From Heptranchias perlo (taxonomy: Eukaryota): a DNA stretch of 64,000 bases. Below are positions 1-10,949 of this stretch, piece after piece. Within the stretch, counting starts at the first letter, position 1; the number at the start of each line of letters is the position of its first letter. The translations under genes and the position numbers were made by a program. The stretch is taken from positions 44,888,001 to 44,952,000 of the forward strand of contig NC_090334.1 in assembly GCF_035084215.1 (NCBI RefSeq). Reading direction: 5' to 3'. The notes under the pieces were generated by a model. It ran no database searches and was not told the DNA's origin. It was given only the letters and a program-made list of their open reading frames with translations.

Positions 1-495
1 TTATACCCTCACCCCTCCAAAAAAGGAATTTTTTTTAGTTAGAGAGAGTTTAGTTTTTCTAATCTTTGCTTTTTGGCACCTCCCACCAAATCAGCCCAAG
101 GCAAACATGATAGGCAGCTGATCATACCCATTCCATGGATAGTCTGTGAATTTTCAACATTTTTATTTGCATTTTATTATCTTTTTTGTAATTGACTTAT
201 TTTTCCTATGCAAATTAAAGTATTCGGCAAAATTGCATTGTTTGCATAGTTTCTGAGTCATATTAGTGGAAGAAATGAAAAACCAGGTTCAAGACCTGTG
301 ACCAGAAGCAACAAGAGGCAGACAGTTAAAACCTGGCCAGGTTGAAAGAAGTGAAGCCAAGAGAGTAAGGCCAACCACTACTGAGAAGCATTTTCCCTCC
401 AGGTAGTGTCACAATGATTGACAGCCAGGCAGAGTTATCTTGAGAGAGGGTACATGTGAGAGACAGAGAGAAATATAGTGAGAGATATAGCATGC

Positions 496-518
496 GAGAG
501 AGAGAGAGAGAGAGAGAG
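496..518. repeat. (GA)n microsatellite
   Basis: Direct observation. Confidence 0.9.
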
Positions 519-519
519 C

Positions 520-1005
520 AAGAGCGCAAGGAGGAGAATGGAGTTCGTGGCCCAAGCTGAAAACAACGGCTTTGGTCTTCCCAATGTTTAATTGCAGGAA
601 ATTGTGGCTCATCCAGGACTGGATGTTGGACAAGCAGTCTGACAACACAGAGCAGCAGAGGGGTTGAGAGCGGAGGTGGTGGTGAGAAGAGTTGGTTGTT
701 ATCAGTGTACATGTGGAACTTGACGTTGAGTCTTCGGATGATATCAGCAAGAGGCAGCATGTAGATGACTACTAGGTGGGGACCAAGAATAGATCCTTGG
801 GGGACTCCGGAGGCAACTGTGGGAAGAGAAGCCATTGCAAAAGATTCTCTGGCTGCGGCTGGTTAAGTAAGAGTGGAACCAGGCAAGGGCAGTCCCACTC
901 AGCTGGACAATGGAGGAGAGGTGTTCGAGGAGGATAGTGTGGTCAACTATGTTAAAGGTTGCAAAGTGGTGGAAAAGAATGAAGAGGGATAGTGCACCCT
1001 CCACA
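520..1005 (-). mobile_element. Degenerate L2-clade LINE RT fragment
   Basis: Frameshifted pieces FNIVDHTILL, SGVPQGSILGP, MYTDNNQL (YADD) and WMSHNFLQLNIGKTK. Confidence 0.8.
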
Positions 1006-1711
1006 ATTAGAGTAAAATAAGTATACACCAAAGAAAATAATTGTAAGCTAAACACACAATCCCCAAAATGGATGAAAAGACAATTAAAATGGCAATAAAA
1101 AGAAAACAAGCCATAAAAAGTCAGCAAAGGAGGGGGAGAGCTCTGGAAAGTATACAAGAATTTTCCAAAGCAGGTAAGAAATGTTTAGAGCTACAAAGAC
1201 TCTAAAGACGAATAAAGCCAACAATATTAAACACAATACTGAACAGCTCTTCCAGTATCACTATAATAAAGTATCAGAGGGGAGGTTAGAACTCAAAAAG
1301 ATATAGTAGTGAAATTAAAATAGTTTAAATATTAAATTAATATTTTCTGGATGTATTCACTACATAGGATAAATCAGGAGGATCCAAGACTGAAAAAATC
1401 CCTTGGGCCAGAGAGTGTGTATATCCTAGGGTGCCAAAGGAGATGAGGGAGGAAATTTGTGGGCACTGGCTATCATCATGGGAAATTGTTGAGCATTGAG
1501 AGATCCTACAGATACATGAATGTTCTTGAATTTAAAAAGATAACAAATTTGATCCAGATTTATAGGCCCAATCTGACTTCCAAGTGAAAGAAGGATGTGG
1601 GAAACCATCTTCAGTAAGTAGCCTCATACCATTTGGGCTTTGCAGCAGATGCACTACAATTCGAGGACATTGCATAGCCATGCCTAAAAATTGGCCAAGT
1701 GATCTACCTAC

Positions 1712-3056
1712 TTGGGTCAGAAATTGCTGAAATGCCGCATTTTGTGACGCGAGACGTTAATTGGACTTTTTACCTCACAGTTCAGATCACACTGTATTTG
1801 TGCCGCAAATTGCTGGAATGTTGTAACGATAATGGTGCAGCAACGTTAATGTCGCATCTGGGACCTCGTGAATGACATGCCCAGTGGTCTATCTCCTTAA
1901 CCAATGGAAACAAAAGGAAAGAGAAAGAAACAGAGCCAATGACAGAGAAGGAAATAGGGTGAATTGGAATCAAATTAGATACAGAAAGAGAAATCAAGAT
2001 AGGGACAGAAAGAGAGACAGAAAGGAAGTGAGAAAAATTAAAAAGAATAAGCATAGGAAGAGGACATTGTAACCCAGCTGTGTTTGGCAATTGTTGTATT
2101 GATCCTTGAGAAGTTAATGAGGGAATGGCAGGGTAAGTGTGCAAAATGTACAAACATTTCTCTTTCTGTATCTAATTTGATTCCAATTCACCCTATTTCC
2201 TTCTCTGTCATTGGCTCTGTTTCTTTCTCTTTCCTTTTGTTTCCATTGGTTAAGGAGATAGACCACTGGGCATGTCATTCACGAGGACCCATGAATTACA
2301 GAACCAGCGTCCATTGTGATCAGGAACATTGGAAGTGCTTTCGTAAGAACATAGGAATTGCTAGACAAAAAGTGACCAAGGTCCATCTAGTTTGCCTTCC
2401 ATCATCTTGGTAGTTGCATGATGCAATGATAATGGAGTTGTTGACTAATCATAGCAATCAATCACTATGAATTAGTCTACAACAGACCCAGATATGATAC
2501 GAGGAAAACCCCAGTGGTGGAGAGCTTTGGGAACCATAGGTCTAAAGTCACCATTTTCCTCCCATGCTACACTTACCACGTTATGTCTCAAAATATAATT
2601 GTATCCCTAAATTATTTTCTGAAATAAATCTAATTTGCATTTCTGAGTATCAAAACAGCCTTGCATCCTGAAAATGACTGCCTTCCAATACTAACAGGAG
2701 TGCGGATGGTCAGACTGGCACAAAAATACTGCCAAGATAGATTAAAAAGTTTAAAAAACATCTAGGAACAATTCACTACTTGCTGGAGTGAGACTGCACA
2801 GCTTCATTGTACCCTTTCTGGCCTCCAAGGTTGAGTGTCATTAACACTTACAACATAAATTACCAGCCCTAAATGGCTGCGGCGAGATAGTAATTGTTTC
2901 GCTTTTGTCAAGGCTAATGGCAGAGATCGTCTAGCAATGTGTAGAGAATCGGAACTCATGGCATATCTCTTCGCAGAAAATTGCTGGATTTTGTTTACAA
3001 ACTCAATGGCGAGCGTCGTTAATGCGTCATTATTTTTCCAGCAACTTCTAGCCCAA
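1712..3056. mobile_element. Putative non-autonomous DNA transposon with imperfect terminal inverted repeats
   Basis: Left end ttgggtcagaaattgctgaaa resembles the reverse complement of the right end, ttgggctagaagttgctggaaa. Both subterminal regions are CpG-rich. Confidence 0.5.
1864..2286. repeat. Perfect 131-bp inverted repeat (1864-1994 / 2156-2286)
   Basis: The arms are reverse complements; the same peptide appears in ORFs 1782..2153(-) and 2084..2413(+). Confidence 0.93.
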
Positions 3057-3626
3057 GATGTACGAGGTCAGGGTGAGATGTGCCATCAGTATAACTCAGA
3101 TCTGTCAAATACATATCGTACTATACAGATACAGGTTTCACACTTTGTAGCATAACAGCACTTGAGTGAATTAGAGATGTTTTATATGCAAAATTTAAAC
3201 AAACTTCATAACTCTAAGCATTAGGGGTCAGAGCTAATCCCTGAAGGTATTGGCTGACAGAACAGAATTTCTTTCAAATTAAATATACATTTTCTTAACT
3301 ACGTCCAGCTGCTTCTCAGCAAGGTAGAAATATTTATCAAAAACGAAGGGAAACAACGTGTAAGAAAATAAATTTGTTGGTAGGTTTTCCAATAACGAAA
3401 TACGATATTAGGAAAGATAGATAGGATGTTTTTGACAAAGTAAACTACAAAGGATGCCTTCGAACTCTGAAGTGTGAGCACAGGTTCCCAGAAAATGGAC
3501 CTTAATACCACGAGTTATCTTTAAATATTTAGACTATGTTGAAGACAGAATATATGTTCAAAACATATTGCAGCAAATAAAAGGTTTAAATAAACCATTT
3601 TTAAAAATCCGACATGGTACAGTTAC

Positions 3627-3766
3627 CTGTAACTGATGCAGAAACGGAGTTTATAATGTCCAGTGTAAATGGGTTTTTCACCTGCACCATGCGTTTTCTC
3701 TGCACTCTGGCACCAGACTCGGTCTCATCTGAATTCCGGATTATTACAGGAATATCCCAAACAAAC
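3627..3766 (-). CDS. CGRRF1: CGRRF1 coding exon 2; remaining exons not found and probably left of the window
   Basis: cag|G acceptor and G|gtaact donor, phase-compatible with exon 1. Translates FVWDIPVIIRNSDETESGARVQRKRMVQVKNPFTLDIINSVSASVT. Confidence 0.93.
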
Positions 3767-3857
3767 CTGGTTTGGAAATAACATTACGGGTTCGTTATTA
3801 TTAGGGCTCTAGGAACAGCAACGACTTTTATTCACAACACCTTATTCTAACACTTAC

Positions 3858-3961
3858 CATCCCAATATCACAGCGGTCGTAACTAAAAAGCACACGAAGA
3901 TGAGAGTTATGTAGAAAAGCGGCGAGTACTCGTACAACATCACCAGGAACACCGCAGCCAT
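3858..3961 (-). CDS. CGRRF1: Cell growth regulator with RING finger domain 1, coding exon 1
   Basis: ATG at 3961. Translates MAAVFLVMLYEYSPLFYITLIFVCFLVTTAVILG(W), matching the vertebrate CGRRF1 N-terminus. Ends TG|gtaag, 104 nt. Confidence 0.95.
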
Positions 3962-4332
3962 TGGCCTCCCAGCAACCGCCAGATACTGGCAGCAGCTACG
4001 GCAAGTGCAGCAGTACAAAAACATCCGCACGCGTTTACAATTACCTCCACTCAGCACCAAGTTTTTACTGCATTTCAAATCAGCGAATATTTCCAGTTTC
4101 CAGTGTTATATTTATCTCTTTGTGGTTGGTTAGGACTCCGCAGCAAAATGATCGAATATACCCGCTTTGGCCCCATATCCCTTAGTACCTGTGGTTAACA
4201 AAAATCTATCAATCTCAGATTTAAAATTATCAATGAGCTAGCATCAACTGCCGTTTGCAGAAGAAAGTTCCAAACTTCTACGTGTAGAAGTGTTTCCTAA
4301 AAGTCCTGGCTCTAATTTTTAGGCAATATCCC

Positions 4333-4806
4333 TGAAGGCTTTCCTTGAAAGGAAAAAAATTGCAGGGCTACGGGGATAAGGTGGGGGAAGTGGGACTAGC
4401 TGGATTGCTCTTGCATAGAGTCATAGAGTTATACAGCACGGATAGAGGCCCTTCGGCCCATCGTGTCCGCGCCGGCCATCAGCCCTGTCTACTCTAATCC
4501 CATATTCCAGCATTTGGTCCGTAGCCTTGTATGCTATGGCATTTCAAGTGCTCATCCAAATGCTTCTTGAATGTTGTGAGGGTTCCTGCCTCCACAACCC
4601 TTTCAGACAGTGAGTTCCAGACTCCAACCACCCTCTGGGTGAAAAAGTTCTTTCTAAAATCCCCTCTAAACCTCCCGCCTTTTACCTTGAATCTATGTCC
4701 CCTTGTTATAGAACCCTCAACGAAGGGAAAAAGCTCCTTAGAGCTAGTGCAGACTCAATGGGCCGAATGGCCTCCTTCCGTGCTGTAACCTTTCTATGAT
4801 TCTATG
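4333..4806. mobile_element. CR1 3' tail (+) with a nested CR1 3' fragment (-, 4421-4738)
   Basis: (TTCTATGA)-type tails in both orientations; tagag duplicated at 4416-4420 and 4739-4743. Confidence 0.7.
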
Positions 4807-4918
4807 TCCCCGAGTCCTAGATTCCCCAACCAGTGGAAATAGTTTCTATCTACCCTACCAGTTCCCCTTAATATCTTGAAAACTTCGATCAAATCACCCC
4901 TTAATCTTCTATTTTCCA

Positions 4919-6490
4919 ATGTAAAGAATCTTACAACACCAGGTCATAGTCCAACAATTTTATTTGAAAATCACAAGCTTTCGGAGGCTTTCTCCTTCGT
5001 CAGGTGAATGTGGAAATCCTTGAACGTTTCGCATTTATATTCAGAGAACAATACCTGGTGATTACAGATAATCTTTCCAACTGCCCGTTGTCAAGGCAAT
5101 CAAAGTGTTCAGACAGAGAGGTGTTACCTACAGGACCACCCAATATACAAACGGCCAGAACACAAAACAGAGAGAGAGAGGGAGAAACATCCGAAAGGAA
5201 GAGAAAGACAGAAAATGACCCGTTGTATTAAAAACAGATAACTTTTATTCGCTGGTGGGGTTACGTGTAGCGTGACATGAACCCAAGATCCCGGTTGAGG
5301 CCGTCCTCATGGGTGCGGAACTTGGCTATCAATTCCTGCTCGACGATTTTGCGTTGTCGTGTGTCTCGAAGGCCGCCTTGGAGAACGCTTACGCGAAGAT
5401 CGGTGGCTGAATGTCCTTGACTGCTGAAGTGTTCCCCGACTGGGAGGGAACCCTCCTGTCTGGCGATTGTTGCGAGGTGTCCGTTCATTCGTTGTCGCAG
5501 TGTCTGCATGGTCTCACCAATGTACCATGTTCCAGGGCATCTTTTCCTGCAACGTATGAGGTAGACAACATTGGCCGAGTCACAGGAGTATGAACCATGT
5601 ACCTGGTGGGTGGTGTCCTCTCGTGTGATGTTGGTATCTGTGTCGATGATCTGGCATGTCTTGCAGAGGTTGCCGTGGCAGGGTTGTGTGGTGTCGTGGA
5701 CGCTGTTCTCCTGAAAGCTGGGTAATTTGCTGCGAACGATGGTCTGTTTGAGGTTGGGTGGCTGTTTGAAGGCGAGTAGTGGAGGTGTGGGGATGGCCTT
5801 AGCGTGGTGCTCGTCGTCATCGATGACATGTTGAAGGCTGCGGAGAACATGGCGTAGTTTCTCCGCTCCGGGGAAGTACTGGACGACGAAGGGTACTCTG
5901 TTGGTTGCGTCCCGTGTTAGTCTTCTGAGGAGGTCTACGCGATTTTTCGCTGTGGCCCGTCGGAACTGTCGATCGACGAGTCGAGCGTCATATCCCGTTC
6001 TTACGAGGGCGTTTTTCAGCATCTGTAGGTGTCCATCGCGTTCCTCCTCGTCTGAGCAGATCCTGTGTATTCGCAGGGCCTGTCCATAGGGGATGGCCTC
6101 TTTGACGTGGTTAGGGTGGAAGCTGGAAAAGTGGAGCATCGTGAGGTTGTCCGTGGGCTTGCGGTAGAGTGAGGTGCTGAGGTGCCCGTCTTTGATGGAG
6201 ATTCGTGTGTCCAAGAAAGAAACCGATTCTGAGGAGTAGTCCATGGTGAGTTTGATGGTGGGATGGAACTTGTTGATGTTATCGTGTAGTCTCTTTAGTG
6301 ATTGTTCGCCGTGGGTCCATAGAAAGAAAATGTCGTCGATGTATCTGGTGTATAATGTTGGTTGGAGGTCCTGTGCAGTGAAGAAGTCCTGCTCGAACTT
6401 GTGCATGAAAATGTTGGCGTATTGGGGTGCGAATTTGGTCCCCATGGCTGTTCTGTGTGTTTGGGTAAAGAACTGGTTATCAAAGGTGAA
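4919..6490 (-). mobile_element. 5'-truncated Penelope-like retroelement (RT C-terminus + GIY-YIG endonuclease)
   Basis: Uninterrupted 394-aa ORF 5261..6445 with MGTKFAPQYAN, RYIDDIF, LYRKPTD and NVVYLIRC...WYIGET. 12-bp TSD ttctattttcca at 4907-4918 and 6491-6502. Confidence 0.93.
4971..5007 (-). ncRNA. Minimal type I hammerhead ribozyme motif in the Penelope terminal repeat
   Basis: Minus strand TCAC-CTGACGA-A-GGAG aaagc CTCC-GAAA-GCTT-GTGA has both core boxes, stem I, stem II and a palindromic AAGCTT stem III. Confidence 0.65.
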
Positions 6491-7199
6491 TTCTATTTTC
6501 CAGGGAGTACAACCCTAGTTCGTGTAATATCTCCTCGTAATTTAACCCTTGGAGTTCAGATATCATTCTGGTAAATCTACGCTGCACTCCCTCCAAGGTC
6601 ATCATATCCTTCCTAAGGTGCAGTGTCCAGAACTGAATGCAGTATTCCAGATGTGGTCTAACCAGGGCTTTGTATAGCTGTAGTATAACTTCCACCCCTC
6701 GTATTCTAGTCCTCTAGATATAAAGGCTAGCATTCCATTAGCCTTTCTGATTATTTTTCTGTACCTGTCCATGACATTTTAATGATCTATGTACATGGAC
6801 CCCTAAGTCTCTTTGGACCTCCACTTTTGAGTTTTTCACCATTTAGAAAGTATGCTAATCTTTCTTTTTTAGGTTCAAATTGGATGACCTCACACTTGCC
6901 TACATTGAAATCCATTTGCCACAGTTTTGCCCATTCACTTAATGTATTATCTCTCTGTAATTTTATGCTTCCATCTACACTACTGCCTATTTTTGTGTCA
7001 TTGGCAAACCTGGATATGTAACTCTCTATCCCGTCATCTAAGTCGTTAATAAATACAGTGAATAGTTGAGGACCCAACACAGATCCTGTGGGTCACCACT
7101 AGTCACATCCTGCCAATTTGAGTACCTCCCCATTAACCCTACTCTCTGTCTCCTGCCGCTCAGCCAATTTCCTAACCAGGTCAATAATTTGCCCTCAAG

Positions 7200-7650
7200 T
7201 TGGTAGCATTCTTGCTTCCCAGTCAGGCTGTGGGATCAAGCCCCACTTCAGAACTTGAGCATCTTATCTTGGCTGATATACTGAGGAAGTACTACATTGT
7301 TACAGGTGCCCTCTTTCAGGTGAGATGTTAAACAGAGGCCCCACATAAAGTGCTATAGGATATCCTGACCACGTGATACAGCCCTGCCTCCTGTGCATCC
7401 CCCTTCACCTTGCCCCTCCATTGGTGGGCATGCCTATCAGCCGCCTATGCCTCGCGTTCTGGAATGACCTCCCCTAAACCCCTCTGCCTCTTCCTTTAAG
7501 GCGCTCCTTAAATCCCAACTCTTTGACCAAGTTTTCAGTCATCTCTCCTAGTATCTCCTCCTTTGGCTCGGTGTTCATTTTTTTTTAAGTATGCTGTGGG
7601 ATTTTTTTTCTACATTAAGGGTGTTATATAAATGCAAGTTGTTGTTGTGT
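7200..7650 (+). mobile_element. tRNA-derived SINE head plus LINE-derived 3' tail
   Basis: A/B-box-like head (tggtagca...gggatcaagcccc); tail ataaatgcaagttgttgttg, which recurs at about 38320 and 51875. Confidence 0.55.
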
Positions 7651-7789
7651 AGTATATAAATGTAGGATCTTCCTTATCCAATAATAGTTTTCTCATGTAC
7701 TATTCCCATACATAACACAGGTCAGCTTTACACATTGATGGTCAATGTTTGAGGCCTGATCCATGGCAGAGTTTATTGACAAAAATCAG

Positions 7790-8440
7790 TGTGGATGATG
7801 GTCCTCTGCTCCTACCATAATGGTTGGATATGTTTATCATTGAGTCTACTAAAATTCCTAGCTCTCTTTCAGCTTCATTCTTAACTATTTCAACACCTCA
7901 TGGAATACATGTCATCTATTTTTTTCTTCCTATGTGTAGCACTTTTACATTTTTCTGCATTAAATTTCATCTGCAATTGTTCTGCATACTTGCATATCTT
8001 GTCCAACTCATTCTGTAGTTTGAGCTGCTTCTTCTGACGCCACTGCTCCTCTTACTTTGGTATCATCTGCAAATTTGACCACTTTGTATTAAGTTTCTGA
8101 ATCCTGGTTATTTACATAAATTAGAAACAGTAATAGTCCCAGCCCTGAGGTACCCCACTCAATAGTCCCACTCCCATTCCAAAATAACTGCTCTAATGAG
8201 TACTTGTTGTTTTCTGCACTTCAACCAGTTTCTTATCTATTCCTAGGACTTACCTGAATCTCCACAGTTTTGAGTTTAATTAATAGCCTTTTGTGTGGAA
8301 CTTTGTCAAACGCCTTTTGGACGTTAAGGTGCATCATGTCATAGGGCTTTCCACAGTCACTTCCTCAAAGATGTCAAGGAAGGTTAATCAGGCAGGATCC
8401 TCCCCTTCTGAATTCATGCTGACTGCTGTTCACTAGATTG
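7790..8440 (-). mobile_element. Old CR1 LINE fragment
   Basis: Reverse-strand KFADDTK (ttggtatcatctgcaaattt) and KAFDKV (actttgtcaaacgcctt) remnants. Confidence 0.7.
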
Positions 8441-8944
8441 TTATTGTACAAATGGACCCTCAATTATAGTCTTGATAATGGATTCCATTATTTTACATGG
8501 AATGGAACTAACAAACAAAAGGTTTTAAAACAAAATGAAAAACAAATCACAATTTTTAATTCGCAGCAGTGTTCATCTTTAATTCCTGGAGACTCCAGAA
8601 CAACCCTGGAGGGTTGGCAACTCTATCACAGTGGTCCAATGACTCCCTCATAATGATTGTGAGCATTTCACAAACCTCTTCTCCTGTGTCTTTCAGCACT
8701 CTCATTTTTAAATTCTACTCTATCTAAAGAACCATTGAATTTTAAAGCACAGGAGACCATTCAGCCTTTTGTGTCTGTGCTCTGAAAGAGCTATTCCACT
8801 TAGTCCCATTACCATATCCTTTTCCCATCCCCCTTTGAAATTTTTTTTAAAAAATCCACTTAAAAGCTATTATGGGTTCTGCTTCCACTGCAGGTTCTGA
8901 CAGGCACTCCTTGTTCTAACAACCCCACTGCTTATTTTAAGGTA

Positions 8945-9167
8945 TGATGTGGAGAGGCCATTGATGGACTGGGGTTGACAATTGTAAACAATTTTACAAC
9001 ACCAAGTTATAGTCCAACAATTTTATTTGAAATTCACAAGCTTTCGGAGGCTTCCTCCTTCCTCAGGTGAATGTTGTGGAACATTCACCTGAGGAAGGAA
9101 GGAGGAAGCCTCCGAAAGCTTGTGAATTTCAAATAAAATTGTTGGACTATAACTTGGTGTTGTAAAA
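8945..9167. mobile_element. Fold-back (inverted) Penelope terminal-repeat insertion
   Basis: Arms 8990-9075 / 9080-9169 are homologous to 4920-5010. 13-bp TSD ttattttaaggta at 8932-8944 and 9168-9180. Confidence 0.88.
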
Positions 9168-9289
9168 TTATTTTAAGGTAGTTACAGGTGAGTGAGTAAT
9201 GAAGCCTCCTCCTTGAGCGAGCTCTATTTCCTGCCCTGATCTTTTGGTCCATCCCAGATCCTGGAGCTCTTTCCGATGATGTAATTTGA

Positions 9290-9620
9290 ATTGGGGGAGG
9301 ACGAGTCCCGGTACTGATTGGTTCATACCTGAATCACGAGACTAGAAAGAGCTGAAGGGAAAAATAAACAGGAGCCGGGGAGAGAGAGAAACAAAAATGG
9401 TAAGGAACGAGAATTAGACCTAGACAATCTGTGCCCTTTGTACCGCAAGGGTCGCCGAGTCTCACCGGTGTCGGGGATACCCGGTTAGCAGCGGCTTTGC
9501 TGCCGTTGTTCCAGGGAAACCGCCCTTTGAGCTGTCGCGACATGTCCAAGGAATGGGGAGCAGCCACCAGGCCTGAGCGCCGGCACGACCTAAAATTCCC
9601 CAATTTTTTTTGTTTGCTCG
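9290..9620 (+). promoter_or_regulatory. GMFB CpG-rich promoter / first exon region
   Basis: Local CpG enrichment around the ATG exon; reverse CCAAT box (gattgg) at about 9317. Confidence 0.55.
9397..9399 (+). CDS. GMFB: Glia maturation factor beta, exon 1 (ATG only)
   Basis: aaaaATG|gtaagg in a CpG-rich region. An ATG-only first coding exon is typical of ADF/cofilin/GMF genes, and the next exon starts in phase 0. Confidence 0.85.
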
Positions 9621-9775
9621 TTTCATTTTTGTCCGAAAATAGATTTAAACCAGCCAGTAAATTACTTGTATCTTGATTAGAATACAAATATAAGATTAGT
9701 TAGCAGCGCTTCTAAAATTTACTGCCTGCCGTTTGGTTGGTAATGGCCTGGTTTTTTTTATGCCGTTGTTTTCAG

Positions 9776-9872
9776 AGCTGCCCAGTGAGTTTGTGTGGTG
9801 TCGACGAACAGCTGATGGAAAAGCTTAAAAAATTTCGCTTTCGCAAAGAAACCACGAATGCTGCTCTGATAA
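9776..9872 (+). CDS. GMFB: GMFB exon 2
   Basis: ttttcag| ... A|gtgagt; SCPVSLCGVDEQLMEKLKKFRFRKETTNAALI; 97 nt. Confidence 0.95.
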
Positions 9873-10949
9873 GTGAGTGAAACATCTTAGACGGTGAACT
9901 GATTTGCTCAGTGCCAGAATCCGCTTATTTAGAGCGTTAACAACTTCTCGTCCTGTCTGTTTAAAATGCCCACAGAAGTACGGAGGACAATTAATTTTTT
10001 AATTCGAGGACAATTCGATTTGATAATCATGCAAGTTTTATTTTTCTGCAGCCAGCTTTAAAACACCAGACGACCCCAAAACAAGATGGGTCTTCCTGAC
10101 CTATTACACCACTCCTGTAATACACGCATCTATATCGCCGTCAGGTTCAGTGCATGCAACCAGAAAGCCACAAATTGCAAACATGATTTTAAAAGGCATC
10201 TCATAGACGGATTCTAAATCTCGTTAGTGAAGCTATGAATCTATGATGTTCTGGCTTGAAACAAAACCTTGTAAATGCAAGGAATGATTTTTCAAAGTTG
10301 TTTTGTTGGCATTGCTATGACTTGTTTCAGCTATCTCAAATCCAAGTCAAGTGACAAACAAACAGAGTTCAGGGGTTCTAATGATTTTAATCTTGTTCTT
10401 TAGTTATGAAATGTTTAAGTAAAGTCAACTGAAGATGTAAATTATTTAAAGTTCGAAACAATTGTAATGTTATAGAAAACTAATGAGCTTTAGTTTTTTA
10501 ATAAAGCAAACTGTCCATGATTCGCATCAATTTCCCCTGTGCTTTCAATTCCACTTTCAATGTACGTTTGAGTTACATTGCTAGGATGATAGTTTTAATG
10601 AAACTTGAGCTTTTTAAAATGTTTGCAAAATTTTCTTTCATCTTCTGTGAGTGACCTGTAGCTATAACATGCAGTATAAATATGCTGATATTAGCTATTT
10701 ACCAGGATTCTAAATTTAAATTGCATCAAAAGATAAATGTAATACGCTCCTAAAATCACTGGGGGGGAGAAGTTGAACCTAACCCGCACGGTGGGAAACT
10801 GACGTGATCAGCTTGGTTGCCCGATTGGAGACAATGAAAAGTTAAGTTGAGCGGCCTATCTGATCGCGTCAGTTTCCCACTGGGCGGTTTTAAAAAAAAC
10901 ACCCATAATTTACACAGTTCAGCCTACTGTGCCTGTGCAGATGCCAGTT

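Larger units (their letters stand above)
4150..7198 (-). mobile_element. 5'-truncated CR1 LINE split by later insertions (pieces about 4150-4332, 4806-4918, 6491-7198)
   Basis: LGPQLFTVFINDLD, FANDTK, WQMDFNVGKC and LYKALVRPHLEYCIQFW; the CR1 sequence resumes across the insertions. Confidence 0.85.

Noticed and set aside
326-1157. Overlapping minus-strand ORFs as possible CGRRF1 exons
   Set aside because: They carry LINE RT motifs and show no resemblance to CGRRF1 exon 3 onward.
7200-7260. tRNA-like A/B boxes
   Set aside because: No cloverleaf can be formed; this is a SINE head.
8990-9169. Hairpin as a miRNA precursor or CRISPR-like repeat
   Set aside because: The arms match the Penelope end at 4920-5010 and a TSD is present. 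There is no repeat-spacer array and the DNA is eukaryotic.
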